A stretch of DNA of 63,769 nt, the filler included, from Alphaproteobacteria bacterium (GTDB taxonomy: Bacteria > Pseudomonadota > Alphaproteobacteria > Caedimonadales > UBA9215), in NCBI GenBank assembly GCA_024280495.1. It is 6 parts of 6 records of this genome, joined end to end, with 100 filler letters (N's around TTAATTAATTAA, not from the genome) between each part and the next. Parts side by side here need not be neighbours in the genome. Positions count along the whole stretch, not along the records: positions 36,318 to 41,239 come from JAJRPZ010000054.1; positions 41,340 to 50,365 come from JAJRPZ010000055.1; 4 more parts are not named here. One strand, given 5' to 3'. The notes beneath the pieces were generated by a model. It had not been told where the DNA came from. It was given only the letters and a program-made list of their open reading frames with translations, and did no database searches. The position numbers were made by a program, and so were the translations under genes. Shown one piece after another: positions 38,567 through 48,479 of the stretch (the stretch's first letter is position 1; every line of letters starts with the position of its first letter).

Positions 38567-39760
38567 TCATAGAGATGCAATAGTTCTTTCAAATGCCCAA
38601 TCTAACCATGGAAAAAGTGCTTCAAGATCGGAAACGTCAACAGTAGGGCCTCCCCAAATGCGTATACTTGGTGGTGCGCTTGGGTGGTTTATTATCTCAA
38701 AAGCTGCGCCTTCTTTTAAAAGACGCACGCCCATACGTTTCAAGAAAGCATACTGCTTGTCCTCTTCTAGTTTCTCAAATTGACGGTGTGTTATTTTTAA
38801 AACAATGGTGGACGTTGACCTTTGAGACGGCTCACTCACAAAAAAATGAATCCAAGGTGTTTTCGAAACCCATTTTTCAACGACCTCAAAGTTTTTTTGG
38901 CTTTTTTCAATAAGGGCTTGTTTGGCAGTTTTGTTTTTTAGGACCAATGACAAAGACCAATCCAAAGCTTTTTCAAAGTCTTGAACACACATCATAGAAG
39001 GTGTATTTAATGTTTTTTCTTCAAAAATAGGTGCATAAAGACGGCATCCTTTCCTCAATTTGAAAAGATAAGGTATGGGCCACGTTGGCAAATAAGATTC
39101 TAAACGCTTAACGGCTTTGGGGCTCAGAACCAACATGCCATGTCCAGCCTCTCCCCCAAGTCCCTTTTGCCATGAAAAGACTGTCGCATCAAAGTCTTTC
39201 CAGGGAATATCCATGGCAAAAGCAGCAGAAGTCACATCGGCAATTACCAAACCGTGATCCGCATTATCTTGGCGTTCTTGTAGTAAAAAGTCTGTGTTAG
39301 GATAACAAACTCCCGACGTACTCCCATTCCAATTTAAAATAACATCATGATCAAGGGGGATATCTTTAGTATTAGGTAAATAACCATGTTTAACAGAACG
39401 AACAACTGCATCAGATACTTTAAGACTTTTTATGACATCACATTCCCATCGATAACTAAAAACATCATGGGTCAGAATAGTTACTGGACGTGCACCAATG
39501 AGATTCCATAGAGCTGACTCTGCCGCCCCCGTGGCTGAACCAGGTAAAATAGCAATGTGGTAGTCTTTTGGAATTTCAAGGACTGAACGTGTTTTATCGA
39601 TCACGCGTTTAAGTTGTTCCAGGGCTTCTGAACCTCGGTGAGAGCGACCTAGTAAAGCGCCTTCAGAATTTTTTGAGGACCACCCAGGATGCTTTACACA
39701 AGGTCCTGATGAAAAATAGGGTCTTTTGGGTTTTAAGGTAGGCATAGGTGATTGAGTCAT
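38567..39760 (-). CDS. serC: Phosphoserine aminotransferase (alphaproteobacterial type)
   Basis: FSSGPC, GRSHR, WNGSTSGV, DVTSAAFA, FSWQKGLGGE, NTPSM, RIWGGPTV. Confidence 0.92.
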   Translation of the reverse strand: MTQSPMPTLKPKRPYFSSGPCVKHPGWSSKNSEGALLGRSHRGSEALEQLKRVIDKTRSVLEIPKDYHIAILPGSATGAAESALWNLIGARPVTILTHDVFSYRWECDVIKSLKVSDAVVRSVKHGYLPNTKDIPLDHDVILNWNGSTSGVCYPNTDFLLQERQDNADHGLVIADVTSAAFAMDIPWKDFDATVFSWQKGLGGEAGHGMLVLSPKAVKRLESYLPTWPIPYLFKLRKGCRLYAPIFEEKTLNTPSMMCVQDFEKALDWSLSLVLKNKTAKQALIEKSQKNFEVVEKWVSKTPWIHFFVSEPSQRSTSTIVLKITHRQFEKLEEDKQYAFLKRMGVRLLKEGAAFEIINHPSAPPSIRIWGGPTVDVSDLEALFPWLDWAFERTIASL

Positions 39761-39784
39761 AGTGATGGCCTTGACGTATTATTG

Positions 39785-40462
39785 TTAATTATGATCAGCA
39801 GTTTTTTCAATCCATAAGGGGTGTTTTTCCATTACCTTTGCAAAAAGAGGATGTCGCATGAAAAATGTCATCCATTTTTTGAGTCCAGGATATTTGATAG
39901 AATCATCGAACCAACCTGTATTAACCACTCGAAATTGACGGACCAAAGGGAAAAATAAAACATCATAAATGGATATTTTGTCACCCATTAGGAATTTTTG
40001 CGGCAAAAGAATTGCTGTTATTTTTTTTAGGACGACGATGCAGGCAGCTCGATGATATTCACCATAGGCTTTTTGATCCAAAGACATTTTTGAGGCTTCT
40101 TCTGCAAAACGATCAGGATATTTGTATCGATGTAGGTTGGGAATAAAATTTTCGTGTAGCTCTGTATATAATTTTTTCCCCAAATCATCTTGTTTCATAG
40201 TTAGAGGAGCAAAATTTTCTTTTAAAGCATTTTTAGCTGCCCATATAACAATATCTAAACTCTCATCAATGACGTCACCATTGGGCAAAATTAATACTGG
40301 AACAGTGCCTTTGGGAGAGTGTTTCAGCATGTTTTCTGGTTTGTTTTTAAAGCTTATCTCCCTTAATTCGAAATCAATACCAGCAAAAGCAAGAGCAAGT
40401 CGTGCACGCATAGCATAGGGACAACGTCGATAGGAATAAAAAACAGGAAGAATTTGTATCAT
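39785..40462 (-). CDS. Glutathione S-transferase family protein
   Basis: YSYRRCPYAMRAR, SPKGTVPVL, IDESLDI, YKYPDR, FPLVRQF. Confidence 0.92.
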   Translation of the reverse strand: MIQILPVFYSYRRCPYAMRARLALAFAGIDFELREISFKNKPENMLKHSPKGTVPVLILPNGDVIDESLDIVIWAAKNALKENFAPLTMKQDDLGKKLYTELHENFIPNLHRYKYPDRFAEEASKMSLDQKAYGEYHRAACIVVLKKITAILLPQKFLMGDKISIYDVLFFPLVRQFRVVNTGWFDDSIKYPGLKKWMTFFMRHPLFAKVMEKHPLWIEKTADHN

Positions 40463-41239
40463 TTTTTCTCATAGGGTTTTGCAGCTTTTCGAGCCAATTT
40501 TTCAAGGTGACGCAGGGCTCTTTTGAAAGTCTTGCGCGTTGGGTTACTATATCCGTGGGGAAGGGGATACTTTTTATAGGCGGCCCTATAGTGAAGGCCA
40601 ATAAACTGAATACCTGGGTAATGTTCCTCAAGGTGTTCTCGAACAAAATTTAACTGCTGTAAATTGTCATCAATCATAATGATTCGTGTGGGTGGTAAGT
40701 AAAACCTTTCTAGATAAAAAATGATGAATGTACCTTTAGTGACACCACCATTCACACCGTTAGTCATAAATAGATTTCCAATTCGTACGGGGTAAGAGCC
40801 CAAGTATTTGGGAAATTTCTTATATTTTTTGAAATGTTTCGCACATTTATCAACGGTATATCCAGCAGATGCCAAGGAAAAAACGCGCCATTCAGCTGTA
40901 TTTCTAATGCGTGGGAAGGCCCCCGTAAGGCTTCCTGTTAAGTATATTTGTTTAGCTTGTCTCGCAACAGATTTCACCAATTTTGGCATTTTGTCATGGG
41001 TTGCTTGCTGAGGTGACTTTAAAATGTGATAAAGATTTAAAAGTTCCTGTTGTTTGGGGGAAAGTCTATTGAGGCAACGCCTATAATCTTTCCCATAGGT
41101 TTTCATGGAGAAACTTTGAAAAAGAGGATCCCGTGGCATGGTTAAGACCATATCCACATCGAAAATAACCAGGTCTTTCTTAGAAAGATAGAGGTTATTT
41201 AATTCTTTTTTAAGGGCAGAAAAAGTTTTAATCTCAGAC
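40459..41239 (-). CDS. DUF2608-like HAD-fold protein, 5' truncated by contig end
   Basis: Frame stays open to the gap (SEIKTFSALKKELNNLYLSKKDLVIFDVDMVLT); DxD motif, KG and IIMIDDN motifs. Confidence 0.65.
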
Positions 41240-41339
41240 NNNNNNNNNNNNNNNNNNNNNNNNNNNNNNNNNNNNNNNNNNNNTTAATTAATTAANNNNN
41301 NNNNNNNNNNNNNNNNNNNNNNNNNNNNNNNNNNNNNNN
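41240..41339. other. Artificial contig linker
   Basis: 100 nt of N with central TTAATTAATTAA. Confidence 0.98.
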
Positions 41340-41468
41340 TCTTTGGGCGTAGGTCAGGTGTTTGTAGCCTTTGGGCATTCTATTCTCCATTGTTTTCCAA
41401 CGTAGAGTTTAGACGAATACCTGACTTTTCACTTCCTCAAAATGACGCACTTCATTTCTGAAACGGCG
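41340..41468 (-). mobile_element. IS30-family element, left end with transposase start (41378-41340: MPKGYKHLTYAQR)
   Basis: 41359-41468 is the exact reverse complement of 63660-63769; YxHLTxxxR is the IS30 N-terminal motif. Confidence 0.9.
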
Positions 41469-41505
41469 TATCTAATTATTACAAAAAAACAAACAAAAAA
41501 AGAAA

Positions 41506-41625
41506 TGTTGATAAGTACCTCCATAAAAAAAAGAAGTTTTGTGGGTAAGTCCTTGAAAAGCTTTTACTGTAAGTGTTTCTGAGGGATAATCCCTCCTTGT
41601 TTTCTGTGGATAAGTCTGTTGAAAA
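41506..41625. promoter_or_regulatory. DnaA-box-like cluster upstream of the dcw operon
   Basis: Perfect TGTGGATAA at 41605; one-mismatch boxes at 41506, 41540, 41617, all co-oriented. Confidence 0.6.
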
Positions 41626-41633
41626 CACGAAAA

Positions 41634-41669
41634 TCCCATCTCATCCCACTTGTTTCCCATTGAATCCCA
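41634..41669. promoter_or_regulatory. MraZ binding repeats
   Basis: Four TCCCA (TGGGA on the minus strand) at 41634, 41644, 41655, 41665 with 10-11 bp period upstream of mraZ. Confidence 0.8.
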
Positions 41670-41781
41670 TGGTATACCTTAATGAACCATGTGTGGTTTG
41701 TTTTTTGTCGCCACGCCTTGAATATTTTGTTTTTGTTTCATTTTATTGGCAAGGATTTGCCAGTGTAGCGCGAGGGATTTG

Positions 41782-42252
41782 ATGGGTTTGTTTCTGTCAA
41801 CATTTGTGAATAAAGTCGATAAGAAGGGACGAGTATCCGTGCCAGCGACTTTTCGTGCTTCTTTGTCTTCAGAGCCCTTTCAGGGGTTTGTTGCTTTTCG
41901 CTCCCATAAACATGATGCCATCGAATGTTGCGGTTATTCTCGTATGGAACAACTTAGTCAGAGTGTTGATAGCCTTGATATGTTTTCTCAAGAGCAAGAT
42001 GATTTCACGGCTACAATATTCGCAGATTCTTTACAGGTTCCTTTTGACGGGGATGGTCGCATTGTATTGCCCAAAAAACTTGTTGATTATATTGGCGTTA
42101 ACGGTGACGTCGCTTTTGTTGGCCGCGGTGCGACATTTCAAATTTGGTTGCCAGAGAAATTTGAAGCCCATCAAGCTGAATCACGTGAACGCATCAAGAA
42201 TGCCCAATCAACTCTTAAACTTTCTAAATCTAATGAGGGGGTGTCTCCATGA
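41782..42252 (+). CDS. mraZ: Division/cell wall cluster regulator MraZ (start moved to ATG 41782)
   Basis: FLSTFVNKVDKKGRVSVPATFR, DGDGRIVLP, FVGRG, FQIW. Confidence 0.95.
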   Translation: MGLFLSTFVNKVDKKGRVSVPATFRASLSSEPFQGFVAFRSHKHDAIECCGYSRMEQLSQSVDSLDMFSQEQDDFTATIFADSLQVPFDGDGRIVLPKKLVDYIGVNGDVAFVGRGATFQIWLPEKFEAHQAESRERIKNAQSTLKLSKSNEGVSP

Positions 42253-43211
42253 CATTAGCGTCTACTCATTCTGATAAAGCCCATTATTCCGTCATGCTTG
42301 AGGATATTTGTGAGGCACTGGCCATAAAAGAAGGTGGCATTTATGCGGACTGTACTTTTGGTCGCGGTGGTTATTCAAGGGCTATTCTTTCGGCAGTGAA
42401 AGACGTAAAGGTTATTGCCTTGGACCGTGATCCAACGGCAAAAGAACACGCAGATATTTTATTGAAAGAATTTCCAGAGGGTTTTATGTTTGCACCTTCT
42501 TGTTTTGATGACTTGGATAAAGTTTTGGAAGGCCTTTATGGTCAGGAATCTAAATTGGATGGGATTGTTTTTGATCTTGGTGTGTCCTCGCCTCAATTAG
42601 ATGTGGCAAGTCGTGGGTTTTCCTTTCGTTTCGAAGGTCCCCTTGATATGCGTATGACTCCTGAGGGAGAGACGGCTGCGGATGTTGTAAATACTTATGG
42701 TGAGGAGGATCTCGCTAATCTTATCTATAAATATGGTGAAGAGAAGAAATCTCGTATTGTGGCCAAAGCCATCGTGATGGATCGTCAAAAACAGCTTTTC
42801 AAAACAACCACTGATCTTGCTGAATTATTGCGTCGTATTATCCCTAAATCTAAAGATGGTATTGATCCAGCAACTAGAACATTCCAAGCTTTACGCATTC
42901 ATGTAAATGACGAACTCGGTCAATTGGAACGTGCCCTTGAAAAGTCCCTTGATCTTTTGAAAGTCGGTGGACGCTTGGTTGTGGTGAGTTTTCATAGTCT
43001 TGAAGATCGAATCGTAAAGCAATTTTTTGTAGCTCATGGTAAAAGAGTTGCCGTGAATCGTTATCGCCCTGACCTGTCTACAAATTTATCTCCCTTGAAA
43101 ATTCTCACTAAAAAAGCCGTAATGGCGTCCCAGGATGAAACAAAAATTAACCCTCGCTCCAGAAGTGCAAAAATGCGCGTGGCTGAATACACAGGAGGGG
43201 CCCATGCTTAA
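42249..43211 (+). CDS. rsmH: 16S rRNA m4C1402 methyltransferase
   Basis: DCTFGRGGYS, DLGVSSPQLD, GPLDMRM, FQALRI, SFHSLEDRIVK, NPRSRSAK. Confidence 0.97.
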   Translation: MTLASTHSDKAHYSVMLEDICEALAIKEGGIYADCTFGRGGYSRAILSAVKDVKVIALDRDPTAKEHADILLKEFPEGFMFAPSCFDDLDKVLEGLYGQESKLDGIVFDLGVSSPQLDVASRGFSFRFEGPLDMRMTPEGETAADVVNTYGEEDLANLIYKYGEEKKSRIVAKAIVMDRQKQLFKTTTDLAELLRRIIPKSKDGIDPATRTFQALRIHVNDELGQLERALEKSLDLLKVGGRLVVVSFHSLEDRIVKQFFVAHGKRVAVNRYRPDLSTNLSPLKILTKKAVMASQDETKINPRSRSAKMRVAEYTGGAHA

Positions 43212-43587
43212 TAAGTCTGTCCTTATTAATTTGTGTGCGTTATTTGTTTTGGGTGCAATGACATATGGCATTAAACAAAAGGTTATGGACCTTGACAATG
43301 AATTGATGTCCGTACAGCGTGAGATCGTTTATTATCAAGAATCCATGCATATTTTGAACGCAGAGTGGGCTTATTTAACGAGGCCATCGCGCCTTCAGGC
43401 TTTGGTGAAAACTCACTTGGATATGGAAAATTCCCATGGTCTTTCACTCGTCAGCTATGACAATGTTTTTGCAGAAGATCAAGAATATGGTCCATGTGAA
43501 TATCATGATCCCATTCGTTTGGCTTCTGCTAACATTACCCCAGGACATAAGCCGCTTTTTCGCGGAAGTAACAGCAGAGATTATTAA
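43204..43587 (+). CDS. ftsL: Cell division protein FtsL (start moved to ATG 43204)
   Basis: TM helix, coiled coil, LNAEWAYLTRPSRL; between rsmH and ftsI. Confidence 0.85.
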   Translation: MLNKSVLINLCALFVLGAMTYGIKQKVMDLDNELMSVQREIVYYQESMHILNAEWAYLTRPSRLQALVKTHLDMENSHGLSLVSYDNVFAEDQEYGPCEYHDPIRLASANITPGHKPLFRGSNSRDY

Positions 43588-43592
43588 AATTA

Positions 43593-45374
43593 ATGATGCC
43601 GCGTAATCCGTCTCCCTTTATTCAAAAACGCCCTCGTAAGCCTTCTGCTAAGCCCTTCATGGAATTGTCCCTTGGGGCTCGTCCCGAAGGTCGTAAATAT
43701 AAAGAAGCCCTTGAGATTGCCCGTAACCGTATTATCATTTCTGGTATTTTATTTGTTTTTATCTTGATGATTATTTCTGGCCGTCTTGTTTATATGGGAT
43801 ATCAAGGTGGCGGAGGAGAGCCCGTAACTGTCCTTGACTCTATACATTCGAAATTTCATCAAGGTCGCTCGGATATCCTCGATCGTAATGGCATGGTTCT
43901 GGCGACCACGGTAACGACATCCTCTTTGTTTGCCAATGCAAAACGTATTGTTGATGCTGAAATTGCGGCAAAAATGTTATCCCAGACTTTACCAGGATAT
44001 TCATATAAAAAACTTTTGAAAAAAATGAAGGGAGACCGTTCTTTTATTTGGCTTGCCAGACACCTGACCCCTAAACAGCGAGATAAAATCATGGCTCTCG
44101 GTATTCCTGGTATTGGATTCCGTAAAGATTCAAAACGTCTTTATCCCCATGGATCTTTGGCTGCTCATGTTTTGGGTCTCACAAATATTGATGACATTGG
44201 TATTGCGGGTATTGAGAAAAATCAAGAACAATACCTTTTAAAAGAAGGAGAAGATCTTTATTTAAGTCTTGATGTGCGTGTGCAACACGCAGTGCGTGAT
44301 GAGTTACTCAAGGGGATGGAAGAATTTCAAGCCACAGGTGCAGCGGCTGTTTTGATGGATCTCGAAACCTCTGAGGTTTTGGCCATGGTTTCCCTCCCAG
44401 ATTTTAATCCCAACCACTCTGTGAATGCTTCTGGTGCTGCTTATTTCAACAAAGCAACCGTTGGGGTTTTTGAAATGGGGTCGACTTTTAAAATCTTAAA
44501 TACTGCCATGGCTTTGGATACGAAAAAAATAACCTTTGCCACGACCTATGATACCAATGCAGAAGTTAAAATTGGTCGTTTTAAAATCACTGATTATCGT
44601 GCCGAACATGGGGTGATAAATGTTGCACAAATCTTTGTTCATTCCTCAAATAAGGGGTCATTACAAATGGCTCTTGAATGTGGGGCAAAGCATCAAAAGG
44701 CATTTATGAGAAAAATTGGTAATCTTGAAAAGTGTAAGATTGAGCTACCAGAACGTGGTCGCCCCATTTTTCCAAAACACTGGCGAGATGCTAATACGGT
44801 AACTATTTCCTACGGCTATGGTTTGGCCGTGAGCCCCCTTCATCTTCTCAATAGTGTGGCAAGTGTTTTAGGAGATGGGTGCAAAAAACAAGCAACTCTT
44901 TTAAAAGGAAATTCCCAAGGGGCAACCAATGATTGTGAGCGTATAGTGGATGCCGATGTTGCCCATAAAATGAGGCAGCTTTTGCGTCTTGTCGTTTTAA
45001 AGGGAACCAGTTCTAAGGCAGATGTTCCTGGGTATTTTATTGCAGCAAAGACGGGAACTCGAAATATGCTTGAGGCTAATGGACGTTATAACAAAAATCG
45101 TGTGTCCACAACTTTTGTGGGTATTGTTGGTGAAGATCTTGAAAAGCCGAAATATATTCTTGTTGCTCTTTTGGAAGATCCTAAGGGAATGAAAAAAACT
45201 TTTGGATTTACCGCTGCGGGCTGGAACGTTACGCCAATTGGCGGTAGGATATTAGGAAGGGTTGCCCCTCTTTTAGGGTTACAGCCAACGCCACAGAATT
45301 TAGGCTATGGTTTTGATCCTTTTTTGGAAACAGTAGATTTCACAAAAAAAAGAAATAGTTTTAAACAGGAATAA
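43593..45374 (+). CDS. ftsI: Division transpeptidase PBP3
   Basis: RSDILDRNG, RLYPHG, catalytic motifs STFK, SSN, KTGT. Confidence 0.94.
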   Translation: MMPRNPSPFIQKRPRKPSAKPFMELSLGARPEGRKYKEALEIARNRIIISGILFVFILMIISGRLVYMGYQGGGGEPVTVLDSIHSKFHQGRSDILDRNGMVLATTVTTSSLFANAKRIVDAEIAAKMLSQTLPGYSYKKLLKKMKGDRSFIWLARHLTPKQRDKIMALGIPGIGFRKDSKRLYPHGSLAAHVLGLTNIDDIGIAGIEKNQEQYLLKEGEDLYLSLDVRVQHAVRDELLKGMEEFQATGAAAVLMDLETSEVLAMVSLPDFNPNHSVNASGAAYFNKATVGVFEMGSTFKILNTAMALDTKKITFATTYDTNAEVKIGRFKITDYRAEHGVINVAQIFVHSSNKGSLQMALECGAKHQKAFMRKIGNLEKCKIELPERGRPIFPKHWRDANTVTISYGYGLAVSPLHLLNSVASVLGDGCKKQATLLKGNSQGATNDCERIVDADVAHKMRQLLRLVVLKGTSSKADVPGYFIAAKTGTRNMLEANGRYNKNRVSTTFVGIVGEDLEKPKYILVALLEDPKGMKKTFGFTAAGWNVTPIGGRILGRVAPLLGLQPTPQNLGYGFDPFLETVDFTKKRNSFKQE

Positions 45375-45389
45375 ATAGAAAGAAAACAG

Positions 45390-46925
45390 ATGACAGTGAT
45401 TGATCTAAAAGATATGGGTGTTAAATTTAGTGATCTAGTGAAACAGGATGACGTTTTAACATCTCAAGTCTGGCCTGGCGATGATATTGTGACTCGTCTG
45501 ACTTGGCATTCACAAGATGTCGCACCAGGGGATGTTTTTCTTGCTATTCCCCCCTTTGATAAAACAAAAACTGGTGTGGATCATATTACCCAAGCGGCCA
45601 ATCGTAATGCTAAGTTTATTATCAAAGAAAGCCATATTCCCACGCCTGGGGATCTTAATGGCGCGCAAATTATAGATATTGCTGACGCAAGGCATCTTAA
45701 GACTCTTATTGCAAAGCGTCTTTACCGTGGTCAACCTAAAGTTATTGTGGGGGTCACAGGAACCAACGGAAAAACATCAGTTGTTGATTTTATGCGTCAA
45801 ATTTGGGATCAAATGGGATATAAAGTGGCTACTATTGGAACCCTCGGCGTGCAAAGTTCCCAAAAACTGGTAGATATGCCAGAATTTTCTCGGACGTCTC
45901 CTGATCCTCTTATTCTCCATCAAGCCCTTTCGAAAATGAAAAATCAGGGAATTACACATTTGGCTTTGGAAGCTTCTTCCCATGGTATCGATCAATGTCG
46001 CTTGGATGGCGTGAATTTTTCAGCGGCTGGGTTTACGAATCTGAGTCACGATCATTTGGATTACCATGGGTCAATGGAAATTTATTTTGAGGCAAAAAAA
46101 CGTCTATTTTCAAAACTTATTGAGGAAGGGACATCGGCTGTTTTGAATGCCGATACCAATTATTTTGACGCTTTATCCAACGCTTGTCGATCCCGTGATA
46201 TTCATGTACTTCCCTATGGCAAGCGAACTGAAAGTGGTTTGCAACTTAAAAATCTCGTTATTCAGGGTGTAAAACAAGTGGCCACCATTGCAATACATCA
46301 TGAAGTGCATGAGATTGAGTTTCATTTTATTGGGAAATTCCAAGTTTTGAATGTCTTGTGTGCTATGGGTTTGATTATGGAAACAGGTGTGTCGCACCTT
46401 CAAATATTGCCATTGCTCTCTAATTTAAAAACAGTTCCTGGCCGCCTTGAACTTGTGGGTCATACAAAGGCTGGTGCTGCAGTGTATGTGGATTACGCCC
46501 ATACACCAGATGCTTTGTCTGAGGCTCTTTTATCCATACGTCCTTATGTATCAGGTGTGCTGACAGTTGCCTTTGGCTGTGGCGGCGAACGCGATGTGGA
46601 AAAACGTTCTCTTATGGGAAAAGTCGCAGGAGAATACACGGATTTTCAAATTATTACCGATGATAACCCTCGTGGTGAAGATCCTGGAAAAATTCGCTCA
46701 CAAATTCTAAAAACCTGTTCTAATGCCATTGAAATTTCCGATCGTAAAGAGGCAATTACGACGGCCATCAAGCGTTTGACAAAAAATGATGCTTTGTTGA
46801 TTGCGGGTAAGGGGCATGAATCAGAACAAATTATGAACGCTAAAACCCTTCAATTTAATGATGTGGAAATAGCTGGTCAGATTCTTTTGACTAATGGCGG
46901 CACAATTTTAGCCAATAATATTTAA
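45390..46925 (+). CDS. murE: UDP-MurNAc-tripeptide synthetase (meso-DAP type)
   Basis: GVTGTNGKTS, EASSHG, NLSHDHLDYH, VDYAHTPD, DDNPR, AGKGHE. Confidence 0.96.
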   Translation: MTVIDLKDMGVKFSDLVKQDDVLTSQVWPGDDIVTRLTWHSQDVAPGDVFLAIPPFDKTKTGVDHITQAANRNAKFIIKESHIPTPGDLNGAQIIDIADARHLKTLIAKRLYRGQPKVIVGVTGTNGKTSVVDFMRQIWDQMGYKVATIGTLGVQSSQKLVDMPEFSRTSPDPLILHQALSKMKNQGITHLALEASSHGIDQCRLDGVNFSAAGFTNLSHDHLDYHGSMEIYFEAKKRLFSKLIEEGTSAVLNADTNYFDALSNACRSRDIHVLPYGKRTESGLQLKNLVIQGVKQVATIAIHHEVHEIEFHFIGKFQVLNVLCAMGLIMETGVSHLQILPLLSNLKTVPGRLELVGHTKAGAAVYVDYAHTPDALSEALLSIRPYVSGVLTVAFGCGGERDVEKRSLMGKVAGEYTDFQIITDDNPRGEDPGKIRSQILKTCSNAIEISDRKEAITTAIKRLTKNDALLIAGKGHESEQIMNAKTLQFNDVEIAGQILLTNGGTILANNI

Positions 46926-46949
46926 ATCAGTGAAAAATTAAAAAGAGAA

Positions 46950-48479
46950 ATGTATAAAAACATGACAAAAGAGCGCGTATCAAACTCTTCAGACCTTGAA
47001 AACACCCCTCCTAAATTTGAGTCTCCCTTGTGGACTTTGACAGAGATTTGTGAGGCTACAGGCGGTTCTTGTGACTCAAAAGATAAGAGTGGCATTGAAC
47101 GGGTATTCACTGATTCAAGAAAAATTAAAAGCGGTGACTTGTTTATCCCCCTTCAAGGTCCTTTGTTTGATGGTCATGATTTTATTCAAGATGCTTTTGA
47201 TTCTGGTGCCGTTGGGGCTCTGGTTCAAAAAGAGTTTGATGGCTCTAAAATTACCAATGGTGTTCTCATTTATGTGGATGATGTGATGGATGCTTTGGAT
47301 GATTTAGCGCGAGAATCTAGAAAGCGCACGACGGCAAAAATTATTGCGGTGACGGGAAGTTATGGTAAAACAAGTATGAAGGATATTCTGTCCCTTGCTC
47401 TTTCCTCCATTGCCCCAACCCACAAAACGGAACGTAGCTTTAATAATCATTGGGGACTTCCCTTAACGCTGTCAAATCTTCACCGTGATCATCATTATGC
47501 CGTTATTGAAATGGGCATGAACGCTGCAGGAGAAATTAGAACTCATTCTTTGATGGTTCAACCCCATGTTGCTCTCATTACCAATACGGGTGATGCACAT
47601 ATTGGTAAGCTTGGCTCCCTTGAAAATGTGGCCAAGGCCAAGGCTGAAATTTTTGAAGGTCTTATTGATAAAAATGCTACTGTCATTTTATATTCAGAAA
47701 ATTGGGCAACGAAAGAGCACATGACTCTTCTGAAATCCAAAGGAATTTCTGTTCTCACTTTTGGTGAAATGGCAGTCTTTTCCGTGGCTAATAAACTTAG
47801 CCCAAAAGGTCTTGAATTCTTTGTCACTGAGGAAAAAACGGATTTTGCAGCACGTGTTTTCCTTCCAGTTTTTGCAAAACATTGGGGCGTGAATATCGCG
47901 GCATGTGCTGCGACCCTTAAAGCCCTAGCTCTTGAGTGGCAAACAATTTTACCATCCCTTTCTTCTCTTTATATTCCAGCGGGAAGAGGCGTTGTTGAGC
48001 AGGTTACGCTTTATAAAAACAAACAAAATCAACAAACAAATGCTGGAAAATTTATCCTTATTGATGACAGTTATAATGCGGCACCAGGGTCCATGAAAAA
48101 ATCCCTTGAGGCACTGGCGTTCATGAAAAGAACGTCCAATCGTACCATTGCAGTTTTAGGTGATATGCTTGAGCTTGGCCAGGAGAGTGAGGCTTATCAT
48201 GTGGGGTTGAAAAATATACAAGGTTTTTCTGATATTGATCTTATTTATACAAGTGGCCCTGAAATGCAAAAACTTTATGATTTATTACCCCTTGAACAAA
48301 AAGGGTTGTCTTGTGAACTACCTCAAGATATTGCGGATAACCTCGTGAAAGATGTTCGGCCCAGTGATATTATTCTTGTTAAGGGATCAAGGGGACAGTG
48401 GGCTGATCAAGGTCGCATGGTCGTTGTGGTTGAGACCCTTAAACAATTAGGACAAAAGGATCAAATAAAACATGCTTAA
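46950..48479 (+). CDS. murF: UDP-MurNAc-tripeptide:D-Ala-D-Ala ligase
   Basis: TDSR, DGHDF, VTGSYGKTS, SFNNHWGLPLTL, EMGMN, DDSYNA, LGDMLELG, VKGSR. Confidence 0.95.
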   Translation: MYKNMTKERVSNSSDLENTPPKFESPLWTLTEICEATGGSCDSKDKSGIERVFTDSRKIKSGDLFIPLQGPLFDGHDFIQDAFDSGAVGALVQKEFDGSKITNGVLIYVDDVMDALDDLARESRKRTTAKIIAVTGSYGKTSMKDILSLALSSIAPTHKTERSFNNHWGLPLTLSNLHRDHHYAVIEMGMNAAGEIRTHSLMVQPHVALITNTGDAHIGKLGSLENVAKAKAEIFEGLIDKNATVILYSENWATKEHMTLLKSKGISVLTFGEMAVFSVANKLSPKGLEFFVTEEKTDFAARVFLPVFAKHWGVNIAACAATLKALALEWQTILPSLSSLYIPAGRGVVEQVTLYKNKQNQQTNAGKFILIDDSYNAAPGSMKKSLEALAFMKRTSNRTIAVLGDMLELGQESEAYHVGLKNIQGFSDIDLIYTSGPEMQKLYDLLPLEQKGLSCELPQDIADNLVKDVRPSDIILVKGSRGQWADQGRMVVVVETLKQLGQKDQIKHA

